DNA of 64,000 bases from Raillietiella orientalis (taxonomy: Eukaryota): the NCBI GenBank assembly GCA_036172245.1, contig JAYWIR010000004.1, positions 1,674,001 through 1,738,000 on the forward strand. Reading direction: 5' to 3'. The notes below the pieces were generated by a model. That model ran no database searches and was not told where the DNA came from. It saw only the letters and a list, made by a program, of their open reading frames with translations. Shown one piece after another: positions 26,250 through 39,040 of this stretch (the first letter of the stretch is position 1; each line of letters begins with the position of its first letter). The position numbers and the translations under genes were made by a program.

Positions 26250-28000
26250 CATCATTCACATCTTTTGTCTTGCTTCAACGTACAGAGGCATCGTACAGAT
26301 GTGCAACTTATTCAAGTACAGATTTGCTCAATGGTAAAATTTGGGTTCAAAGTTTGCACTCCTTCCAACAACCAAACCGAACATGAAGTGTTACTGTTTG
26401 ATGCGTCAGGAGGACTTCATGGCGGAGGTCTTGAAGAGCAAGAAACTTCTTGGCTCATTGGAAGCCACTCACTTGAGACCGATGAAAACGAAAGGCGAGT
26501 TGCGGTTTGTTAAGCCATTTCGGATATCCCGTGTTCCTCAAGAAGATGAAACCTGATGCCAGTAGGTTTTCCATGGCGAAACGACTTTGGCACAGCGATG
26601 CTGATTTTCACAGATTAATGAAATTAGTAGGTAGCTCTGATGACGTTTGAGGGCTCGGGTGGCAAGTTGGATCAGCTCAGATTCAGCTCGGAAGCAAATC
26701 GATATTTGAGTTTTCTGGAGAACCCTCAGCAGAAAGAGCATCAGCTCTCGCGTAGACGGATCAGTACTTTGGAAATACTCTTGCGTGCGGTCAACTCTGC
26801 GATTCTGGAAGCCATCCAGTCCTACTGAGCGCATCAAGACCAAGTGCTCCTTTTTTTATGCCAACGCTGGAAGCAACGACATTATATACCCACATTGATC
26901 AGCTTGCCGTGACAGCTTTTCTGCAGACGCTCTACTGGAAAAGCCACAGTTTACTTAATGCTGGTTTCAGCTTATCTCATCTCACGAAAAGGTTTTCCGC
27001 TACATGATATCCTTCCGTAATTGTGTAATTAGATTAATTATTCCGCAACTGAATTTTTCTTTGATCTTTGCTTTTAGAAATGAGAGGAAGATGAAATGAT
27101 GAGAAGATATCTCAGAAACTCTACAATTCGTTTGATTCAATAAATAGCTTCTCAGTTCAAAACTGATTACGTTTGTTATGTCAAGTGTATGGTATATGCC
27201 AAATGGAACCATAGGTTCCATTCTCTTTCTTCCTGAATGCATCCTCAACATGTGCTCTCGACAAAACGTTTGCCTCGGTGACTGTTTCCACATCGTTGCA
27301 GACAGCGTTCTAATTGGGAATGGAAAGTGTCCTTTAGTTTCTCTAAGTCATTTTCAGATGGAATACCTGAAAAGGGCGTCTGTATTTCTTGAAACTTTCG
27401 GTCCGCAACGAGAGCCCTCATCTCTGTCCAAGTTCCACTTCTAAGCGAGTGCCTGTGGCCTGAGGAACGTGGCTTCTGACGTGTCATATCAGCACAAAAC
27501 ATGACTACGGAGGAATTCTGATGACCAAAAATTCAATTTGGTGAGTTGACCTTGAAACTTACGGAATATGCTTTCCGTTGAAGGAGTCGGTGTATTCTTA
27601 TTGCTGCAAAAGACTCGCGAGTCTACTACATTTCCAGTAAGCCTCAGGATTTATCTGTTAGTGACAGGAACCCAGCAGTTTCCCCTTGGACATCCGCTTG
27701 AAGCAGTGACCTTGAAGCACTGACCCAAATACACGTGACACGGTGCAAAAAAAAAAAAGCAACTGCTGCGAACTCATTTGCAAATGACGTGATGGCATCT
27801 TGAACCAGACTCTAGAAACGATAGAAGCCATGCATCTTGTCTTTCCTCTCAAGATTTGGGAATATTGGACCGACAAGCTTGAAGAAATTGGTCAAGAAGA
27901 CAATTGGAAAGGGAAATCCCGAAGTAGAAAAGAAATCGCTTTCTCTTGTTGGTTGAATGTTTTCACTTGGAAACAAAGGAAAAAGAGTGTCTTCTGCTTG
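26250..28000 (+). mobile_element. L1 fossil: ORF1, endonuclease and linker
   Basis: QEDFMAEVL..WLIGSHSL, SARKQIDI, CGQLCDSGSH (knuckle), SVWYMPN...VCLGDCFHIV (GDFN-like), LKIWE. Confidence 0.65.
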
Positions 28001-28049
28001 CTCCCTAGTTCACTTCCGCTGACAGCACTCCGCTAATGCTTTTCCTCTT

Positions 28050-30100
28050 CTATCATGGGATCCCCAGAACCTCGCTAGTAACCAAGCAGAGCCTCATTCA
28101 ACCCAATTTGAGGAAAGTGCGGCAATCCGTGGTGGCGTTTTTGAAGTCATTCATGATCTCTTTTGTTCCTCCCTTCCATCTCCCCCACGAACATCACTCT
28201 TGTTGGTTGTTGGCACCTGTTCAAGACCTCTCCTTCGCCGTGTCCTCCCGAGCTTCCAGTTCATGACATGGTCTCAAAAACAGGTTCGAAAGTCGAGGCT
28301 AATGGAATCGCTGTGGGAAAAAAGAGGGAAGGACTCGACGACATGTTTTCACTAGAAAGGTGGGGGTTCCAGTAAGGCATTCTATAGCAGATCTGCTGGA
28401 AATCGTTCCTGAAGCTGTAAAAATTCACGACAGCAACCCTTTTGGTTCAAGCGCTCTGTCTTCTACGTAAACCGCTCAAACTCCCTCTAAAGATGGCTTC
28501 CGAAAGTCCAGCTGGAATGAGCCTCGCAATTGTCGATGAGTCGATTGTCAGGAGTCTGGGAACACAGGGAATCATCGAACCAGAATTCCTCAATTTATCT
28601 TTCTTCCTGCTCGTGGGGCGCAGGCTCTCATCGGAGACGTTTCCTTGCCAGGAGCGTGACTAGAGATCATACACGAATGCTTCCGAATGCCGATTGCTAA
28701 GGGAGAGGAGAGTCATCATGCTGATGTCTACTTTTACCAGAATCCGAGAGCTCATTGGTTTAATTTCCCTGAAGGACGCTTTTCTATCTCTTTTTCCTCT
28801 GGATCCTACGTGGAAACCACGGAGATGCCCAGAGGGGCAGCTACCGAACCACGACCCACTCCCCTTCCGAATGTCTCTTCCAACGCATCTTTTCCTTGAT
28901 CCCCTTTCCAAACCTGTGCATCCTGTTTCCATGCGACGGATTATTTCCGTACCCCCACTGCCGGCACCGATGCACCGCGGCTGCTGCAGAGAAATTCACT
29001 AAATTTAAAACCCGTGATCATTCCAGCTGGAATTGTTGAGACTTCTTCCAGGAGAAAAGCAAAAAAGCTGAGGGAAGGCTTCGAGCCAAGTCCAGAGAAT
29101 GGCTCGTTTTTCCGGAGAACGCCATCAAAAGTCACTGGAGGACTTCATTTGTCTCAATTTCCTGTTCACCTTCTTCGGTAGTTTATTGTGCTCCGTGCGG
29201 TTGCTGAGAATCCACCGACAATTCGGCCGTTGGGGAGCCCCGTCGACAGCAGCCGATTTGGAAACATCCCAGCTCCTCTCTCGGGAATTCTTGGTCTTCA
29301 GGAGGATCTCTCCGATGCAATAAATCGTCTCCGGTGTCATGGCCGCGCCTGCTGCGCCCCGCGCGGGAAACTCCACGTTACCAGAGTCTCCGTGGGACGA
29401 CTTCGAGCGCGTTCCCATCACGGAAGAGCACTCGGGCGTTCCCTACATGTGGGGAGCCTCTCCGACAACTCGTGACTGCGGAACATTTCTCTCCCGTTCG
29501 CCCTCTCGTTCCATGGGACTCAGCGAAAGTCGAACTCCCGCCTGAGGACTTCCTCCTAGCCTCCTGGGAAGCCAGCCGGAGAATCAGCCAAGAGTAGCAG
29601 GGCTCGAGCTAGCCTGCTCCTTCTTTTGGAGGATAAAAACTTCTCCAGGAAAGTCAGAAGGCCAAACGGTGCCCCAGGAGCAGAGGAAACGGGCGAGACC
29701 AGGAGTGCTGAATGAGGGAACCTGAGATCATGTCCGATTCAAGATGGAGAAAGGAAGCGAAGAGACCTGGAGACGACGACGCCACGCCATGTTTCGTGAG
29801 TGGAAGGTGGCGATGCTCTTCCCCGGAAGCTTCTCTCCTTGAAGAGGGATGAGCAAAAGCTCCCAACATCTAGCAGCAGTTTCTTGTGAGGGATTCGAAG
29901 AGACGGTCTCCTTGATGATTCGCTGCTCTCTAAGAAATCCAAGGTTATGCTCCCGACAGTTTCCAACGTTTCCCCTACCCGTCCAGCTTCGTTGCTGCTT
30001 GCAGTCCGGTCTCTTCGGGATGTACATTTGAAATAAATAGCATACATACAAGTCTTATGCATTAGATGTACTCAGCGCCCACAAGCAGTTCGATGGTAAA
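28050..30100 (-). mobile_element. R2-like non-LTR fossil: Myb-like N-terminus and RT
   Basis: KQQRSWT (Myb-like), GEILLKTKN...AVDGAP...KLPK, WRSP, QPRCI, EVLGIP. The 3' part is missing. Confidence 0.5.
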
Positions 30101-30449
30101 GTGGACTCAGTGGGACGGCAAAAAGGAAACGAAGCACAAAAATAAAATAAGATAAATAAAATCAAAATAAAGATAGTATAAAACCGGGAGAAAAAGCATG
30201 CGTCTTCAGGATTGGGACAGAAGTGGAGAGGGGCTGAAGTCGACTGTTGGCTGCCCAGCGTCTTCTCAGTCTGCCTGAGGTGCAGGCGGTGTCTGTGTTT
30301 CACTCCCTGTCAGAGGTGGAGACATCTTGCTGCCTTCCTCGCGGAAGTGGTATAAAGAGTTGAGCCCTCCTTCGGTTCTTCCTCTGCTCCATTTTGTAAC
30401 GAGCAGCAGACAGATGCAGTAGCAGCAGGCCTGAGGTCGAAAGTCTTTG

Positions 30450-31200
30450 CGGAGGCATAAAAGAACGGCCTCGGAAGCTGCCGAAGGAGAAGTGGGGATA
30501 TTTTCGGTGTAACAGGGCTGCTATCCTCTGAGGGAAAGGATATTCATCATAAAAGCAGTTGCGGGTGCGATTCGATTGCCCTGCACCTGGCCAAGTTTGA
30601 GGATGCCTTAACTCTCGTCCATTGGCACCGACGTGTGTTTTACAGGAAGATCCAAGTCTATGAGAGTGCCACCGAGCATTGCCGATTGAGGAGGAGCATG
30701 GAACTGTTCAAGAGGGTCATCGTTCCCACAGATCCATCCACTGTGATGTTAAAGGCGCCTTAACACAGGAGCAAGCATTTGGTATCACTGAGTCCGAGAG
30801 TTTCCGAACTTAAAGGTTTTTTTTTTTACTTCTGCGACTCAAGAAAACTTCCCACTTAGCCGGTTAGCCTCCGTCGTAACGTTCTCATGACGAAGATAGC
30901 TCTGAGGGTAGGGGGTGATGACGGTTGTTGAAGAAGGGGATGCCTCCTTGTGGGGATGAAGGCTACTGATGTATGAGTTCAATCACGCGATTCAAACTCT
31001 CGGTCTTTCGCACAGCACCTGGAACTTCATTGGGTCACACCTGCTTCGGTGAGTTCCAGTATTGGGTAGGCCTAGAGGTTGTTGGTCTTTCGACTCTGTG
31101 CTTGGTCGTTTGGAGGATATCCTAGCCGATGCCAGAAAGTAAGGATGCTATTTTGGTAAACGATTCGAACACGATCCGATCTTCTGACTTTTTGTTTCCC
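30450..31200 (-). mobile_element. L1 ORF1 fossil
   Basis: NSILTF..LGYPP, MKFQ, ITVDGS, TLIDLDLPV match DUF4283 and downstream ORF1 motifs in order. Confidence 0.45.
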
Positions 31201-31399
31201 TCTTGATTTCTGCGAGTAGAGAAAATCACGTAGCAGACGAGCAAGGGAGTCCAGAGAGCGCTGTGCCACGAATTTCAGCTGCTGCTGGTGAGCCGGAATT
31301 CTTGAAGGGAGAGCGAAGAGCATCGCTGTTGTGCAGCAACCATCAACTACTTTCAAATAGCTGCCCGCTTGTTAGTTTGTAAAAGACCTGGCTGTGCAC

Positions 31400-32400
31400 C
31401 ACTCTCAACAAACGCATGCTGAGCGGAACGCATGCTACCCTGGAATTCTTGGGATATTTCGATCACACCTGCGCACACGCACTCTTGGGACCCTCGCGAA
31501 ACTCAGGGAACGCAGCGGGAAAAATGACCTCCTGAAACCGGCTCTCCAAACCTCTCCTTCGTTCGGTTCGAGGCCTTCACCTTCCAAAAAGAGGAAGCTG
31601 CTCGTACAAGAAAAAGGCTCGATTCTGCTGACGAGCATGACATGCCACGAGCAACGCAGAACCAATTTCAATGTTTTCTTTCCTAAGATTCTTCTTGCAA
31701 GCTTCCAAGAGGGTTCAGTAAGGCTAAGAGTTGAATGTTTCTTGAGCAGGCTTCATCGAATGGAAAAAAACATCAACTGGCTATTTTAAAGGTCATCGAA
31801 TGCTGAGTGAGGCATCGTGTATGCAGCGTGCATCCAGTAGAAAGCGCACGTAGAGAGCACGGGAGGGAGTGATGGCTCTCCAGACCAGCAGAGGAAAGTC
31901 CGCGAAGAAGGCTGGAAAAGCTCCATGAAGATAGCAGCTGTAGAAGGCTAAGAAATGGTATCTCCCTGTAAGATCTTCCGATGCGGAAGATGTCCGTCCT
32001 GGGAAAACAGAGATCTCTGGGGGAGAAAAGTGCAAATGAGGAGGAAAATAAGAAGGAGCACATGAGACTCAGGAACCGACAAGTAACGGTTTCGAAAAGC
32101 AGGCATTGCCATATCATTAATGGCCAAAGTCATCATCACGGGTGTATAAATTCCAATCTCACTTTCAGGAGGAGGGGAATGCAGGGCGAGTTGAGCAACG
32201 CGATGGCCAAAGACGCCTTCCACTCTTTCAGCTTGCAGATGTTTGGTTTGTTCTTTGATCACGTTGCAGTGGTTCATCCTTTCCCTCGCTCTGAGCCTCG
32301 AATCTCCGTTTACCTTAGGACCAGAGACAAAGATGCTCGCGATCCTGCCGCGCTCACGTGACCACTTCAAGAAACAAAGGGTCTGCGCAGAAGCAGTGAA
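31400..32400 (-). mobile_element. L1 ORF2 post-RT fossil
   Basis: CKLKEWKASL (kl..WK..lLs) and RDLCFPR..IG...LLSSWSF (lC.Pk..GGlG...kl.W). Confidence 0.5.
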
Positions 32401-33770
32401 AAGTAAAACTTTCTTCAGCAAGAGGAGCTTCGAACGCTTGCATCATGAAACTGATTGCTTTGGTCATCACATTTTAAATTCTTCTTATTATTATTCTTTT
32501 AAGGCAAATATTCACTGTAAGAGTTGCAGCGGGCATGTTCTCAAACACGAACTATTCCAGACCCCTACTTACAGAGAGGATTTTGTAAACCTGCGTGGTA
32601 GGATTTGGACCTGCCAAGGGAGGCCAGGACTCCACCACATCAAGGAACGGTCCTGACGGCCACCGGGAGTGGCTTGGGAGTTTCTCAGAAGGGTCGACGC
32701 CAGACCGGTCTCGGAGAGGGACCCGGGTGAAGCGACACCAGAAAGCTGGACAGGGAGAAAGCCCTGAGAGATCCAACTCAAAGACCTCACTTCGGGACAC
32801 GCCTGACACCCACTGCTTAGCAATCGCCACTCGAAGCTTCCCTTCCGAGCTTCGCTACGTCGCCGCGCGCGCAGCGAGGCGTTTGCAGCCTCGCCACCGT
32901 TCGTGGCACCAACAACCCATCCAAAGAGGCAACTTGAGGAGTTGCAGGCTGCAGGACCCGGAAGGAGGGCAAAGGGGGAAAAGAAGACAACCCTCCGGAG
33001 CGCTCCTCTCGACCGCTTGCCGAAGAACCACGAGTATTCCGCCGTTCCCGAAGCGCAGCAGCAGAGCAGCAAGGGGATGGGAGGACCTGGGGAAAGGTGG
33101 GGATCGTGCAGGACCTAAAGCAACCTGGAACGGCAGTGCAACCTCATCCCAGAGCCGGACGCAGATGAGGTGCTTCCCATCTGCGGACCGATCGCAACTT
33201 TCGGGAACAGCCTATACGCCGACCGCAGCGAAAGTTTCCGGAGAGGGAATAAGGATATGCTCCCGCCTTTGCTGATCTGTTATCGTGGGAAAGGATTAGG
33301 GACCCTCACCCTCTGTCCCCAGGAAGCCGAACATGACATCGTTAAAAACCGATCCCACCCCGGTCACAGGGTCAGTCAAAATGGAGCCCTGATCCCCGTA
33401 TCTAACGCACTCAGGATGATACGGGAATGCAGATGCAGGGGTCCCCCCGTCAGGGGACTGTTCCCGGCGGCGGATTCCTACGCCGGGCCCTTGCGAAGCG
33501 CCCCACGAGGGCGCGCGTCCGCCTGGAACGCCGCCGGGCGTCACGCCGGCACGTGCAGCTGGTTGCCGGGTCACGTGACGGAGTAATGAGCTCCGGAGAT
33601 CATCTCGCGTGCTCCCGATCTTCGTGCCCCTGCGCCCGTCCGCCGTCTTGTTCGCGTCCTCCTGAGCGACTGCGCGCGCCCAGACTCCGCTGCCTTCCGG
33701 CTTCCTTCTTCGGGAGGTCGGCGGGAGGGCAACAGCATCCATGCCGTTCCCTAACTCACCGGTTAGGGCA

Positions 33771-35067
33771 CCGCGCCGCTGCCGCCGATAAGGAGAGTGC
33801 TCTCCAAGCGTCCATCGACTTCGCTTCCTTCCTTCCCCCTCCCTCCTCTTCCCTTCCGTCCACTGCCTTGAGAGAAAAGAGCGCGCGCGCACATGCGCGG
33901 ACCCTTCCCCTCTCCTTATGCAAGAGACAGCCCCAGCCCGGTCTCGCGAGCATCCTCTGTGGAAGGAGTCGCTCCTAGGGAAGACCCCGGGAACACGAAG
34001 GGGTGCTCTGGACACCTCCGGTGCTCGGACGAGGAAAGGAAGCGGTTCGATGTCCGTTTGGCAAAGAAGGGACGGGACGGATGGGGAGAGGGGTGTGGGA
34101 AGGTTGCTGCCATTTCCGTCAGCGCTGCCGCCACCACAGGTGCCTCAACCCGTCGCCATCGCTCTGCTGGTCGCCACCGCCAGCATCGCCACCACAGCCC
34201 GTCTTCCGAAGGAGCCCCATTCAATTCCTGCGCCCTCCCTCCCCCCTTCCTGCTTCGCAAGCACCCCATTTTCTCCCCCTCCCCCCTTCCTGCTTCGCGA
34301 GCACCCCATTTTCTCCCCCTCCCCCTTGGCAAGCTGTGCGGAGCGTCTCCGAGCAAACGTTCGGGAAAACCGCCATGAATTCCCGCGAGAGCTCCAGGGA
34401 AGCGGGGCGCTCACGCGGAAATTCCCTTCTCCCTCCCCCCTCTCCGGCCTCCGCCCCTGCTGGCTGGAGTTCCACGCCTCCCCGCTGCCAGCTTCCCAGC
34501 GCTCCTGACGTCTTCGGCGGACGAGCGGGCGGGATAAAGGAGTGGGATAAATCTTCCGGCTCGATCCGGCAGCCTCCTCCTCCCTCGACGCGCGCCACCG
34601 AAACGCCATCTGGCTCACGGTTCCTTGGCAACGGGCGCGAGTTATGGGACAGCAGCGTTTAATTGGTCCGGGAGGTTTCGACACGAGCGCGATCCTTCGC
34701 TGGTCGCTCACTCCCTCCTTGTGGACGCCCATGGCCCCCGTCCCGCCTCTTAGCAGGCCTCGAAACGGCCCCGGCGCGCGCGCTCTCGTGGCCCGCAAGG
34801 AAGGGGAACGTCGGGGGAAGAGCTCAGGGGTGCCGCTCCGCTTCCTATCGCAGCGCCCGCAGGCGCTTTGCCCTCGAGCAGGGAAGAAAGTGCTGCTGGG
34901 GGCCGCCGCACTCACGCGCGGGGGTTGGGGCGAACGCCACTAGCCGCGCCGCTGCCGCAGATGAGGGAGCTCCCGACGCGCCCATCGACTTCACTCCCCC
35001 TCCCCTCTCCCCCACCGCCTTGAGAAAGAGAGAGAGAGAGAGAGAGCGCACAAGAGCGGACCCTTCC
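33771..35067 (+). repeat. Pair of ~130-bp imperfect direct repeats (33771-33908 and 34944-35067)
   Basis: Both read ccgcgccgctgccgc.gat...ccatcgacttc.ct...cac.gccttgaga.a.aga...gcgcaca...gcggacccttcc. The second copy has an expanded (AG)10. Confidence 0.85.
34237..34327 (+). repeat. 40-bp tandem repeat, about 2.3 copies
   Basis: Unit ccctccccccttcctgcttcgcaagcaccccattttctcc occurs twice with one mismatch, followed by a partial copy. Confidence 0.9.
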
Positions 35068-35141
35068 TTCTGCGAGCCCAGACTTCCCGCAGAGGCTCCC
35101 TAATTCGATTCCCCACGTTCCTCCCTAACTCTGTTTGAGCT

Positions 35142-35231
35142 GACCAATCAGAGGCGGGCCCCTGTGCAAGTCAGGCAGAGGCGGCCAATCAGGACGGCAT
35201 GTCCACTCGGGCGAGAGCATGGATAAATAAG
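35142..35231 (+). promoter_or_regulatory. Candidate promoter: two NF-Y-type CCAAT boxes, GC-box-like and TATA-like motifs
   Basis: gaccaatcag (35142) and ggccaatcag (35183) are 41 bp apart with gaggcggg between them; gataaataag follows at 35222. Confidence 0.4.
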
Positions 35232-37294
35232 GAAACCTCCGAGGATGACCTTCCGGGAAGACGACGGCTGGCGAAGGAATGAGCGGAGTCGAGGGGACTC
35301 CGCGAGAGGACGATGCACAAGCACGCGAGGGGGGAGAGAAGGGGGGGAGCTACCGTGACGGAAGCGCGCCCGCCATCACCCACCCGAGCGATCGACCGGT
35401 GCCGCTGGCTTTGGCCGCGGACAGGAAGGAAGGAGGGCGCGGCCCCCTTTCAGCACCACTGCCTTTGCCAAAATCGTCGTCGGAAGCAGTGGAGTCGCCA
35501 AGGTCCGGGTGCTCTCCAGGAGCGGGCGAGGGTCAAGAAGCAGCCCGCCCCTTCGGGCTCATCTCCTATCCCGCCCCCAAGCGGTCCTGTTTCTGGGGGT
35601 CACACGGTCAGCTTCCGCCAAGTGGCGCGTAGCGCCGGGAGTGCACCACCTCCGGGCGCCCCACTGCACCGCCCCACGTCCGCGCATGGCGTTTCCCGGC
35701 GGCGAATTTCGAGGGGCCTTCATCGGAGAGGGTTCCAGCGAGAAGGTGGGGTGGAGACAGGGCAGGAAACAGATCCCCATCCCTTCCCCCCCCCCCAAGT
35801 CGTCAGCCACAGCCGACCCCGGATGCCAGGCTGACCATGCCTTTCTCTCTCACTCCCTTCTTGAGGAAGTAGAGGGCAGCTCGCCTGGCTCACCGAGGCG
35901 ACGAGTCCTCCTCCCGCCCCCTTTCTCGCCCTCTGGCAAAGCGGGGAGCTCGCTTCCTTCTCATAGGTCACTCTCCCACCCCCGTTCGTGTCTTCCCTTG
36001 TCGAGTGACGAGGAAGCAAAACTCCCCTCCCCGTCCCGGCCTCCTCTGAAGCGGCGGTGGGTCCCCTCCTCTTCTCTCCCCCCTGGACCAGGTCGCCGCC
36101 TGTCGCCTCCACAGGCCATTCCGGCCAGTCACCGGGAAGACGTTGACGTCACACACCCCGCCGGCGACGGCATCCCCACGGAAGGGTGCGCCTCCCCTCC
36201 CAGTGCCCAAATGGGAGGCGGGAAGAGCCTCCGCCTCTTCCCCGCGGCGTGCCCTCCCTCACAGGAGGGAGGGAAGTCTTCCCGCACCGGTGATCTCCCG
36301 GTGGGAAGCGTCGCCGCTGAGGATGCTCGCCCGGATGGCGTCTCCCCTTCCCTCCTAGCAAGGCTGGCGCCCACGGCTCCTCGAGGAGGTCCGAGAAGTG
36401 CGGACCCTCGGCAGGCAGTCATCGGAGGCGGTCGGTCTTCGGGTGTGGGCGAGGGGGGCGTTCTCCGAGGCAAGTGCCTGCTGCGGAGACACCCCTGGGC
36501 AGTGCCATCCACTCGCAGGCAGGGCGTGCGACAGACCGCTCCTCCGTGTCTCCCTTCCCTTCCCTCCGTCCGCAGAGACCACCCGTCGCCTCCCCATTAC
36601 GTGCGTACCGCAGCCTCCCTGCTGGATCGTCTCCTGCAGATAGAGTCAGAGTAATCTCAGAATCTCAGGCGGCAGTAATCTCAGACTCCGCCTAGAGTCT
36701 GAGTGGGGTGCACGGCTTCTCTCTTCTCCACCAGGGGTTCCTCCTGCTCGCTCACCCATGGTAGGTGGGATGGAGTCTTCCGGAAAAGCAGCGACCCTTT
36801 TCCCTGGAGGTGACTCGGTGGGCCGCGGACCGCGCAGGAAGGGCCAGGGTCTCCGTCAGACAGGGGGTGTCACTCGGCCGGCTCTCCCTTCGAATAGCAC
36901 CCCTGCCCCAAGGCAGGGCGACGAGACGAGGGATAGCGTTTCACCCTGCAAAGGGGAGGTAGACCGCAGGCAAAGGGGATCGATGGGAGCCATCCGCTTC
37001 CCTCCCACCCCTTCGTGCCCCTTGCCCCGTCGGCGGCGCCGAGAGTGCGTCGGGACTCCCCTTCGCCTTTTCTTCCTCCCCTTCTCTCTCTTCAGGGAAC
37101 CAGAGGGGCAAGCCGAGGACCCACGGGAAGTCTCGCACGCGGAGCGGATCCTCTTTTTCCTGGTCTTCGGCCCCCACCTTCCCCTTTCTCCTCCCCACAC
37201 CAACCCGGACGCGGGACTGAGGGCGGCTGGATGTGGCAAACGGGATTAAGGCGAAAGGAGAGCAGGAGAGGGCGAGAGAGTGGGGGAGCCCGCG

Positions 37295-37329
37295 GTTCCC
37301 GTGGTAACATGATTTGCTTCAGCCACGTG
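37295..37329. promoter_or_regulatory. RFX X-box-like motif plus E-box
   Basis: gttcccgtggtaac (37295-37308) and cacgtg (37324-37329). Confidence 0.3.
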
Positions 37330-38312
37330 ACGGGATTAGAGGGAGCGGAGCCGTCTTCGGGGAATCCTTTGTTTACCCAATAGGGGGAGCTGACCCTGCT
37401 TGGAGGGGCGAGGGAGACAAAGGAGGGGCGCCCCCTCGTCAGCTCTCCCCTTCGCGCGACTACAGCTGGGAGGCAGCGGCTCCCACCACTCAGAGGGCGA
37501 GATCCCCGAGAAGGCCCGGGAAGAGAATCCGCCATCCGGGCTCCCGGATGGACCTCCCTCCCCTCCCCATCCTTATCCTCTCGTAGCTATCAGGCGAAGC
37601 GGGGAGGCGAGAGCCACTCTCATGGTTCTCCCTGCATCTCCGACCTCCCAACGCCTCCTCCCTTCCCTTCCGAGCCAGCGCGCGCGCACGCTGAGGAGAA
37701 CTCCTGACAAAGCAGCCACCCCGCCGTCTTCCTCCCCCGGAGAGAAGGGGTCGCCCTTCTCTCCCCAACTTCCCTCCCCTTCCCTTCGTGAGAGCAACGG
37801 GCTGACCTTCAATCCCTCGAATAGGAAGAAGGGGTGCAACTAACGCGAAGCTTGGAGCTTCCCCGACCCCGTCCAAGAGAAGGCGGGGCCCGGAGTTTCT
37901 CCCGACGGAAGGGGGAAGAGGAAGGCTTCCTTTTTCACCCGAGACTTTCGCCCCCGTCCCGAGACACCCGCTCTCCCAACCCCCGTTCTTCCCCCTGCGG
38001 CGGCGTCCTCAAAGAGTCGGTCCAGCGGGACTCCTTCCCTTTGACTCTCCCGCGGGTTCGGGATGCCACGGAGGTGCCGGGCGCGGTCCCTCCCGGCTTT
38101 TCCTAAGCGTTCCTCCCATCCCGCGCGCTATCCACGGTGCAATGTTCCCGCATCCGACTCTCGCCAGAACACAGAGGGAAGACGGAGGCTGGGGAGTGGC
38201 GTTGGTTTGCGTGCCTGCAGAAAGGAGAGGGACGGAAGGTGAAGGACTCGAGAGGTGCAGATGGCTTCAGCCAGCCGGGGGAAAAGCAAGCGCGGCGTCC
38301 TGCATTCTGGCA

Positions 38313-38545
38313 CGAGGAGGGAGAAAGGAAGAGAAGAGGAGGAGGAGAGGAAAGGAGGAGGAAGAAGTGCAAGTGGAAAACCAGAAGGAAGAGAAGAAAG
38401 GAGAGGAGAAGGAAAGAGAGGAAAAAGGGAGGAAGTGAAGAGGAGAAAGAGGTGCAAAAGGAGAAACAGAAGGAAGAGAGGAAGTGAGAAGAGGAGGAGG
38501 AAGGGGAGGAAAGAAGGAAGGGGGAGGAAAGGAAAGGTGGAGGGG
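38313..38545 (+). repeat. Polypurine (GA-rich) low-complexity tract
   Basis: About 230 bp that are almost entirely A/G; this explains the E/R/K-rich and P/L/F/S-rich ORFs here. Confidence 0.9.
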
Positions 38546-38729
38546 CGAACGGGATGTCGCGAAGAGCGCGCTAATTGCATCAGGAGAAACAATATCCGGT
38601 GTTTAAAATTCAGGCTCGCGAGCGCCCCACTTCCCCTAGAGCCTCGAGCGGCGCGCTTTCCCCCTAGCTAATGCGACTACGTGGAGCGGAGGGATCCCGC
38701 GTCCGAGAGTCCCCCTTAATTTTCGATTG

Positions 38730-39040
38730 GATTTCTTAACGCAAGTGCGCCCTGGATGGGAAGTGACTCTGGCGGGCGTCGCGATTTGCATCTCAACGCG
38801 AGATCCGGGAAAGGGGAGGGGGGAGAACTCTCGCCAGCGCGACCAGATCATGAGGATCACTTTTTCCGCCGCCGTGGGAGTGGCCACAACCTCCTTCTCC
38901 TGGCTCAGGAGCGCGGAGATGGTTTCTCGTTTCTTTCCCCGCCGACCTGCCCGTCTTCCCTTCTCTTGGGGGCTTCGGGCTGGAGGAGGAAGAGCGCGCG
39001 AGTAGCGCCCCTGCAGCTGCGCAGAGAGCAATGCTCCCAT
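38730..39040 (-). pseudogene. Possible death-domain-like coding remnant
   Basis: LLSAQLQGRYSRAL...TISALLSQEKEVVATPTAAEKVILMIWSRWRE. Third codon positions in 38830-38920 are mostly G/C in this frame. Confidence 0.25.

Noticed and set aside
34237..34327. CRISPR-like repeat
   Set aside because: Head-to-tail copies with no spacers, no cas genes, and a eukaryotic context.
32595..35103. Overlapping 150-256 aa ORFs on both strands; possible gag at 32.6-33.3 kb
   Set aside because: Expected from the scarcity of stop codons at high GC; no gag knuckle, protease motif or LTR could be confirmed.
35509..36654. 381-aa ORF, the longest in the window
   Set aside because: Non-ATG start, P/S/R/G-rich, overlapped by many other open frames in GC-rich DNA, and no recognisable domain.
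38128..38671. Charged and hydrophobic ORFs resembling TM or coiled-coil proteins
   Set aside because: Translations of the polypurine low-complexity tract.
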